From NCBI GenBank assembly GCA_030390025.1, contig CM059433.1, forward strand, positions 11,286,001 to 11,350,000: 64,000 nucleotides of DNA, given 5' to 3'. Position 1 is the stretch's first letter; every line of letters begins with the position of its first letter. The notes beneath the pieces were generated by a model. The model saw nothing but the letters and a program-made list of their open reading frames with translations. It was not told where the DNA came from and ran no database searches. Origin of the DNA: Squalus acanthias. Lineage: Eukaryota. Shown here piece by piece: positions 10,402 to 22,724 of this stretch. The translations under genes were made by a program, and so were the position numbers.

Positions 10402-11139
10402 ATAGAGTCAGTGGAGTTAATTTCCATGTCAATGTTGGAGATGATAGAGAAGTGGGACAAGTCCATCACCCACATCTGTAACAAATTACAAGAAGTTTTC
10501 CATGGCATGTAAAACACCCTGGAGAGAACGACAGTCCAAGCATTTCTGCAGCAATAAGGCACTAGAAGGAGGGACTGGTGGCTTCCAGAGTGACAACTAC
10601 CGTTGCTTCAATAAATGCTTTCAAAGGCCTTTCAAGACCTGACTGGGACTATTCAGTCTGTAATGACACTGACCAGTAACGCCTAGGAGCCTGTGCCCTG
10701 TACCAGTGGGCTGCAAGCAATGATCACAGATGTCACTGTCCCTCCAGAGAGCGTCAATAAGCCTACGTCCTTCAGGCTCTCTTTCAATGCCTGCACACAT
10801 GGGTTCTTCAGACATGGGCGCAGCATCCCTTTGGTACTGTGAGAGAAAGTCTGCCAGGAGCCGATCCTTCTCAGACAGCAGCTTCCCTGAGACGAGAATC
10901 ACCTCAGGCTTATGTAGCTCCGGGGGAAATCATCCCAACCGTGCAACACTCAACCTCATCTCACTCAGGGAGCACCTTATAGAAGCAGCAGACTAGGAAC
11001 TAGAGCAAGTAGGGTCATTAGCACATACAGTGTTAAGTAAGTTGGAGACAGGGTGAATGGATTTTCAGTTACTTTTTGGTGAATGTTGGTAGGTATAGTA
11101 AACACAGATTGACCGCATAGAATTCCGAGTGCATTTCTG

Positions 11140-11323
11140 ATAATTTTATCCATACCCACCTGCCCAGGTAACTGACAGATTGGATTGGGCACCCATGTTA
11201 CACCCCGCCCGATTTCATATTCCATTGACTCCAATGGAAAGCAAAATCAGGAGGAGTGTAAAACGGATGCCTAGTCCAATATTGTCAGTTTCCTGCTGAA
11301 CAAGTTAGGTTAAAATTACCCCC
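11140..11323. mobile_element. Small palindromic MITE
   Basis: Fold-back centred on TTCCATTGACTCCAATGGAA; arms TTACACCCCGCCCGATTT / AAATCAGGAGGAGTGTAA; end AAAATTACCCC. Confidence 0.65.
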
Positions 11324-12366
11324 AGGTCTGTGTGTCCTTTGCCAACTTTTGGGAATTGGATGATGACAGGGGAATTGTAGACTTCTATGTTATGAAGAAA
11401 ATAGGCAGCAATCTTTCCCAGTGAGGGACTTTGAAAGGACGTGCAGGGAGACTAGGAAGGCATGGAGTGCCCTCATTTGGAGTGTCAACTTTTATTCATT
11501 GAAGGCACTGGGCTATAAGTTGCGTCCTCCTTTCTCTGGCTGTTGCCGTCCTGTTCCACATCCTCCCCTTCCTGTGCATCCCCTGCCTGCTGTGGGGACA
11601 GAGGTGCTTCCCCTGATCTTCATCATCATCCCCTTCAGCATGCAGAAATAGCAAGGCTTTCTTTACTGTAGTATGCAGGAATCTACAATGAAGCTCCCAT
11701 GGGCCTGTATTGCACCAGCAATCTGAAATGAGACTGGATAATGACTATATTCTGCTCTATGATAATTCATGTACTGGCATGGGCTTTATTATATATGCTG
11801 TCTCTGTCTGTAGAAGCTTTACTGGTGACACAAGCCATGACAGTAGATGTAGCCCTGATCATGAACTAACCATTAACTAATGGTTGTGAAGGCTGGTATG
11901 ATAGAATGTCGCATGATGTAAGCATCATGACAGCTTCCTAGGTATGGGGCATTCACATGCAGGATAAGATGATTGGCATCACTTGCTGCACATTAATCGA
12001 GTGAAAGCTTTTCCTGTTCATCAAATTTAAAGGGGGTTGTCATACGGGACAATCAATTGCTCCTTGTACTTGTGAGAACCATGACAGTCCTTAAAATAGG
12101 ATAACTCTTTCTCTCTTTGTTTTTTTCAGTTCCATTGACAAAGATATGAATTATGTGGCCCGCCTGAATAAAGCATCAGTGACATTCTTGATGCAGTGTG
12201 AGCTGCTGCCAGACTAATGTGGCAAAAATTACCAGATGCTGCCTGGAAGGATTCAGCAGCAAAGAAATTCAAGAAAGTGGTGACTTTGACTGGTGCTGTT
12301 TTCCTAGTGGAAGTGGATTTCAGGCCTTTAGGCAGCAGTTGACGTTTCTTCCCAATAGCCTCTGGC

Positions 12367-12396
12367 AGGGGGGGGGGGGGGGGGGGGGGGGGGGGG
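12367..12396. repeat. Poly-G run (~30 nt)
   Basis: Directly visible homopolymer; a poly-C run also lies at 13570-13588. Confidence 0.9.
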
Positions 12397-12859
12397 TGGC
12401 GTGGAGACAGAGCTTTCTGATGCACTGATATTCAGACAAGTCAAAGGGCTAAAAAGTCACGACCGCCATGAGAGTTGCTGGTGTCACCAGCAACTTGGGT
12501 TAACGGCCGCTGAAAATGGACGAAGTGCTACCAGAGAAAAATTTGCGCTGGGGGCTAAAGAGTTTTAGCCCAGCGATAACTTACCATGTAATGCCCTCTT
12601 GATGACATTAGTGCAAGCATGGGAGTCGAAGTTCCTGTCCAGGAGAGGCATTCCAACTTCCAACAGCCTCTGGAAGTGAGGCTATAGAGTTTGCTAGGCA
12701 TTGTGGGAAATTAAAAGGGCAATGCATTAAAAGGGCAATGTCTTCTGAACTAATAAAAATTAAAATGAAGTGAAAAAATGCAATTTTCAGCCCTTCCTGC
12801 CTTAAAAAAAAATTAACATTAAAAAGAAGTCCCAAATGGGAGTCTTCAGCACTTAAAGC

Positions 12860-13125
12860 TGAAATGGGAAAAGTGCTTCAGCAAGCCAGGGAAGGGCACC
12901 CAGGGTCTCGCAAGCAACACTCCAGCTTTGTGCAGGGGGGTCAACACTGCAAGAGAGGTCCTCCACCTACAGGGGCCAGGAGGCCCTCCAGAAAGAACAA
13001 TGTGGGACCAGATCACCGAGGCTGTCACTGCCAGCAGTGTCGCCCCCACCACCTGGCTCCAGTGCCCAAAGAAGCTTCATGACCTCAGACCACTGGTCAA
13101 GGTCAGTGAATGTATCTTCAAAAGC
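12860..13125 (+). pseudogene. Harbinger Myb/SANT-like DNA-binding ORF remnant
   Basis: MWDQITEAVTASSVAPTTWLQCPKKLHDLRPLVKV matches the W..IA..V.....RT..QC.KK..DL Myb/SANT pattern; frameshifted upstream. Confidence 0.8.
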
Positions 13126-14265
13126 CGTCTCCTACCAACTGCACCACTAGCTTCGCACACTGCTGAATGCACGACTCCCCCCTCCGAGGTGGAAATTGTG
13201 GAAAATGGTTTGGATTGGTTAACCACGCCCACTTCAATGCAGTGGGCAGGCTCCTGGTGGGCCTTAAAGGGGACTGGCTATTACTTGAGAGGACAATTCT
13301 GCTGCATTGACATTTTGGCATTTTTGAGGCGATAGGCATTACTGTTTTACTCTGTTTACCACCCCGAAAACCACCAGAAAATGGATGGTAATTCAGAGAA
13401 AAATTCAGCCCTATAAATACATTGCTGGACACTTCTCTGGTCAGTATTTCTAGTGAAATAAGTATCTTCAAGAAGAACATTGACAATTCTACTAGAAATA
13501 ACAAAATATTGACAAGAGGAAAAATTAATGAAGTCATGTAAAAAGTGGCTACATCAACAGATCAATTTCTCCCCCCCCCCCCCCCCCCAGAGTCAGTTAG
13601 ATGGGCTGAGTGGGCATTTTCATTTATAGCTTCTTATGTTCTTTAGATCCTGTTATTATATCTAGTATAGTATATTAGTGATCTGTATGGCAGTTCTGCT
13701 GATCTTCACCACATATGAGTGAGTACTTAATACAGTTGTACTGTCATATTCCATTCCAGAAGTAATGTCAACCTTAAGCTTATACTCATTGTAAAATGAA
13801 GATCAAACTGCATTCCATCGCAGTGGAGTTCCTTAATACACAAAGATATCTTAACAGGAAACCTCAGGCCTGAGGGGATTTTGATCCAGCATTGTCTTTC
13901 ATGCCTGTATTGCAATAATCCATCAAAGGGATTACTCTGCCTTCCAGCCATTGTATCTTTGTAGTGTGAAACCTAGACTGGGCTAAAGACTATGATCTTT
14001 TATGTTACTTTGGTTAAAAAAAAAAGTTTCAAACATCTACAAAGAGACCTCAAGTAGAACAGTTCTAATCCAGATCATGTTAAAAGCATTATGATCGGCA
14101 ATGATGTGTTACAAAAGTCGCATATATGGAAGAAGGCCTCAGAGAACACAGGTAAAGCCGCCCCTGTGTAACTGTTTAATACTTGAATGGTTATTTATTT
14201 AAATTACAATTATGGGGAACTTTTTGTTTAAGAAAAATACTTAATCTGCAAGAGTGTGTTAGCAA

Positions 14266-15330
14266 TGTGCCAGCTCCGTCATCATTGAGGATGGGGATAT
14301 TCCTGGAGCCTCCTCCTCCCGTTAGTTGTTTAATTGTCCACCACCATTCATGACTGCATGTGGCAGGACTGCAGAGCTTTGATCTGATCCGTTCATTGTG
14401 GGATCGCTTAGCTCTGTCTATAGCATGCTGCTTCTGCTGTTTAGCATGCATGTAGTCCTGTGTTTCAGCTTCCCCAGGTTGGCACCTCATATTTAGGTCA
14501 TTGAAGTCCCTCACCCAGAGTACATTCTGTGCCCTTGCTACTATCAGTGCTTCCAAGTGGTGTTCAACATGGTAGAGTACTGATTCATCAGCTGATGAGG
14601 GAGGGCAGTAGGCGATAATCAGCAGGAGGTTTCCTTGCCTGTGCTTGACCTGAAGCCATGAGACTTCATGGGTCCAGAGTCAATGTTGAGGATTCCCAGG
14701 GCCACTCTTTCCTGACTGTATAACACAGTGCTGCCACCTCTTGTGGGTCTGTCCTACCAGTGGGACAGGAGGAATCTGGGATATTGGCTGAAAGGTATGA
14801 TTCTGTGAGTATGACTATGTCAGGCTGTTGCTTGACTAGTCTGTGGGACAGCTCTCCCAATTTTGGCACAAGTCTCCCAGGTATTAGTGGAGGAGGACTT
14901 TGCAGGGTTGATTGGGCAGGGTGTGCTACTGTCATGTACGATGCTGGTGCTGAGGTCGATGCCGGGTGGTCCGGCAGTTTTATTGTTATTCGTAGTGATT
15001 TTTTACAACTGAGTGGCTTGCTAGGCCATTTCAGGGGGCAGTTTAGAGTCAACCACATTGCTGTGGGTCTGGACTCACATATAGGCCAGACCGGGTAAGG
15101 ACAGCAGATTTCCTTCCCTAAAGGACATTAGTGAACCAGATCGGTTATTATGACAATCCTATAGTTTCATGGTCTCTATGACTAATACTAGCTTTTTGTT
15201 CCAGATTTATTTAATTAACTGAATTTAAATTACCCAGATGCCATGGTGGGATTTGAAGTCACACCTCAGAACCATTACTCGAGGCCTACTGGATTACTCC
15301 TCCAGTAAGCTAACCATTATGCTACCGCTC
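14266..15330 (-). mobile_element. 5' half of a Zenon-like LINE: tRNA-derived head, UTR, AP-endonuclease and linker, internally deleted
   Basis: Minus strand: A box TAGCATAATGG (15314-15324) and B-box-like CTTCAAATCC (~15249-15258). Then KLGELSHRLVKQQPDIVILTESYL...DRPTRGG...LLIIAYCPP...LWVRDFN (APE motifs) and RIRSKLCSPATCSHEWWWTIKQLTGGGGSRNIPILND. Confidence 0.82.
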
Positions 15331-15333
15331 TCT

Positions 15334-16753
15334 CAATGTGGAAAACTGCCCAGCTATGTCCTATCCACAAAAAGCAGGACAAATCCAATCCAGCCAATTA
15401 CTGCCCCATCGGACTACTCTCAATCATCAGCAAAGTGATGGAAGGTGTTGTCAACAGTGCTATCAAGCGGCTCTTACTCACCAATCACCAGCTCACCGAT
15501 GCTCAGTTTGGGTTCCGCCAGGGCCACTCGAGTCCAGACCTCATTACAGCCTTGGTCCAAACATGGACAAAAGAGTTGAATTCCAGAGGCGAGGTGAGAG
15601 TGACTCTGCCCTTGACATCAAGGCAGCATTTGACCGAGTGTGGCATCAAAGTGCCCGAGTAAAATTGAAGTCAATGGGAATCGGGGGAAAACTCGCCACT
15701 GGCTGGAGTCATACCTAGCACAAAGGAAGATGGTTGTGGTTGTTGGAGGTCAATCATCTCAGCCCCAGGACATCGCTGCAGGAGTTCCTCAGGGCAGTGT
15801 CCTAGGCCCAACCATCTTCAGCTGCTTCATCAATGATCTTCCCTCTATCATAAGATCAGAAATGGTTCACTGATGATTGCACAGTGTTCAGCTCCATTCG
15901 CAACTCCTCAGATAATGAAGCATGTCCATGCCCGCATGCAGCAAGACATTCAGACTTGGGCTGATAAGTGGCAGGTAGCATTCGCGCCACACAAGTGCCA
16001 GGCAATGACTATCTCCAACAAGCGGAAGTCCAATCATCACCCCATGACATTCAACGGCATTACCATCACCGAATTCCCCACGATCAACATCCTGGAGGTC
16101 ACCATTGACCAGAAACTTAACTGGACCAGCTACATAAATACTGTGGCAACAAGAGCAGGTCAGAGGCTAGGTATTCTGCAGCAAGTGTCTCACCTCCTGA
16201 CTCCCCAAAGCCTTTCCACCATCTACAAGGCACAAGTAAGGAGTGTGAGGGAATACTCTCCACTTGCCTGGATGAGTGCAGCTCCAACAACACTCAAGAA
16301 GCTTAACACCATCCAGGACAAAGCAGCCCGCTTGATTGGCACCCCATCCACCACCATAAACATTCACTCCCTCCACCGTGGCTGCAGTGTATACCATCTA
16401 CAAGATGCACTGCAGCAACTCGCCAAGATTCCTTCAGCAGCACCTCCCAAACCCGCGACCTCTACCACCTAGAAGGACAAGGGCAGCAGGCGCATGGGAA
16501 CACCACCACCTGCAAGTTCCCCTCCAAGTCACACACCATCTTGACTTGGAAATATATCGGCTGTTCCTTCATCGTCGCTGGGTCAAAATCCTGGAACTCC
16601 CTACCTAACAGCACTGTGGGAGTACCTTCACCACACGGACTGCAGCGGTTCAAGAAGGCGGCTCACCACCACCTTCTCAAGGGCAACTAGGGATGGGCAA
16701 TAAATGCTGGCATTGCCAGCGACGTCCAGATCCCATGAATGAATTAAAAAAAA
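15334..16753 (+). mobile_element. 3' half of a Zenon-like LINE: frameshifted RT domain and poly(A)
   Basis: WKTAQLCPIHKKQDKSNPANYCPIGLLSIISKVMEG, QFGFRQGHS, LDIKAAFDRVWH, GVPQGSVLGPTIFSCFINDLP, family 3' UTR and A tail. Confidence 0.92.
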
Positions 16754-17394
16754 ATAGGTTTATGCTGAAAAACCTTGTCTTGTGTAGCACATGTTCCATC
16801 ATCTAAAGTGAGCTCTTGTAACATATATATACTATATCCAGAGGTGCTTCGTTTTCCTGTACTGGAGAGGTAATTATCAACTCTTTGATTGATAGGAGAT
16901 CCAAGAAAGTCCAAGAACCCTGGACTAAGCATCTTTAGAACACTTTAAACTCACACAATATGACCCTACAACAAACAATAGGCTCTATTATCTATTAAAA
17001 ACTGAGCGTGGTCTCCATATTCTTCAAGTACTGTATATAGTGCTGTAACATAATGTTATGTGACACATTAAAATTTATAGGTTGCCACCTAACATTATGT
17101 GAAAGGGTCACCCTTGCAACCAAGCAGTTTAACAAAGAAATCTGAAACAGTCATGGAAAAAAATGAAGAACACACGATGACTATAAGAATGTTTGAATTG
17201 GAAAGGGGCTCACAAACAAAATGGTAGAAGCAAAGAGAATTGTTTCTGGATGCGGCCGAGCCCGGTATCAGAAAGGACGCTTATGATAAACTGGCAGCAA
17301 AACACAAAAAAAATCCTCCAAATCCATCTCGCCCACATGGAAATGGAACAGGAATGAAACGCTAATGAAAAGTCAGTCTCCACATAAACATATC

Positions 17395-17977
17395 GGGCCG
17401 GATATTCCGATCCCTATGGGTGGGTACGTGCTGTGTACACACCCGTAGGGACATCGGAAATGCTGGTTTCAGGCATGCCAAGCACATGCGCTGAGAACCG
17501 GCATTTCCAATCTGTCAGGAATGCTCATTTATCATTTAAAAATACTTTAAAAAAAGGTAAGTTTATTTTTAGCCCCGTAAAAAACTTCAATTATTTTTTT
17601 CAAAAAATTTAATTTTTGTTTAAAATATTTAATTTATTGTAATTTCAACTAATTTTAAAAATGTGGATTTAAAAAAAAATTATTTAATGTTTTAAAGTGT
17701 TTCTGGGTGATCTCCATTCATATATTTGACAGGTCGATCTGTCACGTGTATGAAGGGAGATTCCCTTCTTTGATTGGCTCCCCATGGCTCACGTGATCCC
17801 AGGGACGCTTGCGAACCGCCTGCGCCCCTGGGATACGTGGGTCCTGCGCATTTTGAGTTTGGAGAGGCCCAGGATCGGAAGTGTCCTGACCTTGGGAGCC
17901 CTCAGGTAAGGGTATAGATTTTTTCCAGATCGGAGGCCTCCGCACGCGGGAAGCCTCCGATCGGAAAATACGGGCCA
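17395..17977 (+). mobile_element. MITE family A, diverged and internally deleted copy
   Basis: TIR-like GGGCCGGATATTCC...GGAAAATACGGGCC; shared blocks CCATGGCTCACGTGATCCCAGGGACGCTTGCGAAC and AAAGGTAAGTTTATTTT. Confidence 0.75.
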
Positions 17978-18475
17978 TTGTGGAAGAAGAGGAAATGGGT
18001 GAAACCCGATGGCTGCTTAGAAGAATGAGGCACAATCCCTGATGAAGCAGGAACCAACCAGGTCAACAGCCATTAAGAAACCTTCCCCCTTGTATAAATC
18101 AGCACCCCACTCCCCACCTGCTCTGAAAACCAACCCTTGAGAGGCAAATTACCAATGGAATCCTCCTCCTCCCCGCTCCAAGAATACAATTGGCATCTGA
18201 CACCCACTGTGACACAAAATAACAAGCCACACCCCACCGAGCCACAAATAGGCAGCTTCCCTCTCCCCCTGTTGAGGCAGTCTACTATCTCCCTCACCTC
18301 TCTCCTCCCATTACCCTGTCTGCCCTCCATCTCCCTCCCCATTTTCTCTCCCCTCCAATTCCTACTCCGTTGCTCCCCCCTGCTCCTTGTAGCCCCTCCT
18401 CCTCCCTCTCTCAACATCCCCTCCTCCTCAGCGATTTTAACTTCGGCCCGAGCTGGGAAGCCACCTCGGCTTTCA

Positions 18476-18615
18476 TAAGAACATACGACGTAGGAGCAGG
18501 ATTCGGTCATTTGGCCCCTCGAGCCTGCTCTGCCATTCAATAAGATCATGGCTGATCTGATCTTGGCCTCAACTCCACTTCCCTGCCCGCTCCCCATAAC
18601 CCTTGACTCCCTTTC
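18476..18615 (-). mobile_element. CR1 3' tail fragment
   Basis: ATAAGAACATA...GGCCCCTCGAGCCTGCTCTGCCATTCAATAAGATCATGGCTGATC. Confidence 0.8.
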
Positions 18616-19491
18616 CCACCAGGTGATACCAGCGTGAGGACGGTAGGGAAGCTGAGATTTACCCTCCAGGTAAATCTTTTATTTTCCTTTGTGGAGCTGC
18701 CCCCTTTAGAAAGATGTCAACCCATCTTCTCCCATTCTCACCATATTCTTCAATTCCTTCTCTATCCAGAAATGTATCTTGTTATCTCTTAAATTCATTT
18801 ATATCACCCACTTCAATGGCCTTCCACAAGTAAATTATCTGATGATCCAGATTATTTGATTATTTCCAATGACTTTCACACCTTGTCAGAGAATTGTGCA
18901 ATTTTCTACTCTTTACACCTTATAATTGCAGTCCCTGAAATCTGAGATCTGATTATGTGTGTCAGCAGCTTCATTTTAATCATGTAGTTAACAGCTTGTT
19001 AGATTACTCTCTGATTTTCACAGCTGAAGGTGAAGAGGCATAGTCAGATATATCCTGGGGACAGTGTTGAAATCTAAAGATTTCTCCTGTTTTTAAAACA
19101 GGCCAGTGCTTTGTGAGACAAAAATTTGTTAGAGAAAGTTAGGTTTCAACATGCGTCCTTTTATCTAGAAATAACATTTTACAGCCATTTCACTCTTCCT
19201 GTGTTTGTTTTGGAAGCATTACCATATTCGAAAATGATGTAAGCTGACACATGAGCCTAAGTCTGAGCCAACCCCATGCCCCTCAACACCTACACCAAGC
19301 CTGTCAGGCTAGAAACAAAATCATATCCCTTTTTAAGAAACACATTTTCCTTTACTCCCCTGCTGAAGGCACTGATTCTTGCTGGGATACTGTTCCAAGG
19401 GTGCTGACCACCCTCCACTGTGTTTATTGCTCATGCGTGTCCAGGGCAGTGAATGTCAGCAGATTATTCATTCAAGACAGGCGTCACAGCC

Positions 19492-19968
19492 AAAGAAAGA
19501 AGGAAGACATGCATTTATATGGCGCCTTTCACGACCACCGGATGTCTCAAAGTGCTTTACAGCCAATAAAGTACTTTTGGAGTGCAGTCACTGTTGTAAT
19601 GTAGGAAACACGGCAGCCAATTTGCGCACAGCAAGCTCCCACAAACAGCAATGTGATAATGACCAGATAATCTGTTTTTGTTATGGGGATTGAGGGATAA
19701 ATATTGGCCAGGGACACCGGGGATAACTCCCCTGCTCTTCTTCACAATAGTGCCTTGGGCTCTTTTACATCCACCTGAGAGAGCAGATGGGGCCTTGGTT
19801 TAACGTCTCATCTGAAAGACGGCACCTCTGACAGTGTAGCACTCCCTCAGCACTGCACTGGAAGTGTCAGCCTAGATTTATGTGCTTAAGTCCCTGGAGT
19901 GGGACTATGAACCTACAGCCTTCTGACTCAAAGGCGAGTAGTGCTACCAACTGAGCCACAGCTGACAC
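19492..19968 (-). mobile_element. SacSINE1-like SINE, full length
   Basis: Complete reverse complement from the (CTTT)n tail to the head GTGTCAGCTGTGGCTCAGTTGG. Confidence 0.9.
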
Positions 19969-20207
19969 TGTGAGCCTGTTGCCAGAGCCGGGAGGATGCG
20001 GGGGCATGTCGCACTTGGCACTCTGGTATTCAGGAGCACTGGGGTTGGGTGGAGGACTGGGGTTAAGGAGCTGTTCTGTTAGGGAGGCAGGGCAAAAAAA
20101 AAAAGAAGCCACCACCAACACAGATAGCAACTGTGGCTGCTTGGGAGCACAGATAGCATCCACACCAGAAGCAGATATAGCAGCAGTGGCCATAGCAGGA
20201 GTATAGC

Positions 20208-20668
20208 AGGATGTTACCTGGGCTGGAGCATTTCAGCTATGAAGAGAGACTGGACAGGCTGGGGTTGTTTTCCTTAGAGCAGAGAAGGCTGAGGGGGGGA
20301 CCTGATTGAGGTGTACAAAATTATGAGGGGCATAGATAGGGTAGATAGAAAGGAACTTTTCCCCTTAGTAGAGGGGTCAATAACCATGGGGGCATAGTTT
20401 CAAGGTAAGGGGCAGGAGGTTTAGAGAGGATTTGAGGAAAAACTTTTTCACCCAGAGGGTGGTTGGAATCTGGAACTCACTGCCTGAAAGGGTGGTAGAG
20501 GCAGGAACCCTCACAACATTCAAGAAGCATTTAGATGAGCAATTGAAACGCCATAGCATACAAGGCTACAGACCAAGTGCTGGAAAATGGGATTAGAATA
20601 GATAGGGCTTGATGGCCGGCACAGACACGATGGGCCGAAGGGCCTCTTTCTGTGCTGTATGACTCTAT
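20208..20668 (+). mobile_element. CR1 (HER1-like) LINE 3' fragment
   Basis: YEERLDRLGLFSLEQRRLRGDLIEVYKIMRGIDR...FFTQRVVGIWNSLPERVVEA; tail (CTATGACT)n split by a MITE. Confidence 0.88.
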
Positions 20669-21411
20669 GGGGGAAAAATTCAGCTGCTTGCGCCTCCCGT
20701 TAGCGCCTTAAGAGGGCGCTAATGGGGCGTAAAGCAGCTAATGCCCGGGCGCAGCGCCGCCCACGCCTCCCGAAAAATTTAGTGGCAGGTTAGCGGCGGC
20801 GGCAGCCGGTAGCGCCCTGTGGCGCTGCGCCGCCGGCGATGACGTCATCGCCGTGCGCAGCACCCCGCTCGCGCCCCGGCCGTGATCTTCAGTCGCGCCC
20901 CCTGATTTACCGCCAGACGCTATGTCCGACGGGTTCAGGGAGGCGTACGTGCGGCCGGGGCGGCGATATTTAAAGGGGAGGTGGCAGGCGGCCATTTTTG
21001 TTGCTGGCCGCCTGCCAGCACCTGCCCCCGTTGCTGTCCCCGGCCCCCGTGAAGCCCCCCCACCGTGAAGTGCCGGCTGCGCTCCAAGAGCCCGGCACTT
21101 CTCTTGAGTGCCGGGCTCTTTTGCCGGCACTCCCGATCCCTGGGGGCCCAGCTGGGCCCCGGTTCGCGCTGCGCAGGGTCCCTCCCCTTTAAGAAGGGGA
21201 GGAAGGCCTGCAATACTGCGGCACGTAGCGCCAGGATATTCACTCGCAGCGCCCCAAGAGGGATGCGGGGTGCTTCCAGTGGCGCCCCGCTTCCCTCTTG
21301 GGGCGCAACCACTGAAGTTCTGGCGCAGGGCCGCTAATTTTTTCGGGGCGCTAAAAGTCGCGCCCCGGCGAGGTTAGCGCCCCAAATGGGGCGCGACTCA
21401 ATTTTTACCCC
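20669..21411 (+). mobile_element. CpG-rich MITE family B, complete, 3-bp target duplication TAT
   Basis: TIR GGGGGAAAAATT...AATTTTTACCCC with TAT on both sides. Inserted in the CR1 tail repeat. A 3-bp TSD and G-rich TIR fit PIF/Harbinger. Confidence 0.85.
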
Positions 21412-21756
21412 TATGACTCTATAAATGGCAGCCGAGGCTGCATCTGGAACCTGACCACTCAATGTTCCAAGGAGAAAGAAAAGAACGTGGAAGAACCAGC
21501 ACTGCGATACTGAGGTCAAGCAGACATAGCTGACTAAGGTAACCACATGTCCAAAGAAAGATTGGAGCTAAAGCTCTAGTTTAAGTATCCCAGCTCCAGG
21601 ACCAGTGTAGAACCCAAATCCTGGGCCCTTGGCAAGGAGTAGGCCTGAAAGGAGATTTATAACATTATTTTTAATTCTAATTGCCACTAAAAGCCTATGT
21701 AAAAAAAAAATTGACCAATTTGGTTGCTAATTACAGATGGATAGATTGTGCTAATA

Positions 21757-22511
21757 GCCCAAAAATTCGGCCGTTCCCGGTTGAGTACACAGTCCGTACT
21801 CACCCGTATTATTCATTCCCGAAGTGCCGGTTTCCTGCATGCACTGCGCATGCGTGGGAAACCGGCACTTCCGGTCTGGTGAAGGGGGCGGTTCCTAGGT
21901 GAACTACAGGCTGCGCGCATGCAGCACACTTAGATTTTTTTTCAGGTTTCAACGCGAGGGTAAGTATTGAAGATTCTACGCTAGTAAAAAGGAGGCGTAA
22001 GACCCCTTTTGAACAAGGTAAGTAGTTAATTAAGTATAATTTTAAATTTTTTTCAAGAGGTTTATCTTTTTTAGATACTTTAAAGAAAGGTAAGTTTATT
22101 TTTATAACTTTTAAAAAGTATTTTAATTTTTTCAAAAATTTAAATTTTTGTTTAAAGTGGTTAATTTATTTAACTATAGTTATTTTATAAATGTGATGTT
22201 TTTTTTTAAATTTATTTGAAGTTTAGCTGTTCTTTTGGGGCCGATTTCAATTCACAGATTTGACAGGTCTCCTGTCAAATCTATGAATGAAAGATGGTCT
22301 GCTGCCATTGGCTCTCCATGGCCCACGTGATCCCAGGGGTCGCATCGCACTAACTGCGCCCCTGGAACACGCAAGCACTGCACGCCGGCTCTTGGGAGAG
22401 GCCCGGGACCCGAAGTTCCTGTGGGCCCAAAACACAACGGCAGGCGCGGTGGGTAAGAGCGCGTGCGATTCTTACCTCCGCGGCAAGCCGGCCACGCGAA
22501 TTTCTAGGCCA
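21757..22511 (+). mobile_element. MITE family A
   Basis: Colinear with 8851-9608. Confidence 0.85.
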
Positions 22512-22724
22512 ATATGTTTAAGCACAAAACTAATCAGAATCAAAGCCCACTTCTGGGAAATTCATGCACACTATGGGATCATTTTTACTTTCAATGGAAA
22601 TGAAAATTGAGCAGCTTCTATAACAGGCTGGCGATCAGCTCGGCCAGTTTATCACCCAAGCTGTGAAGTTGAAGATTACTCCCATGGTCTCTTTCTTACC
22701 TGTTTGAGGACTGCAATACCACTC

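Noticed and set aside
12367..12396. Poly-G/poly-C runs and G-rich 29595-29645 as functional G-quadruplexes
   Set aside because: Simple homopolymers of uncertain length with no supporting context.
20738..21377. Several overlapping GC-rich ORFs
   Set aside because: They lie within a GC-rich MITE where stop codons are rare; no domain signature.
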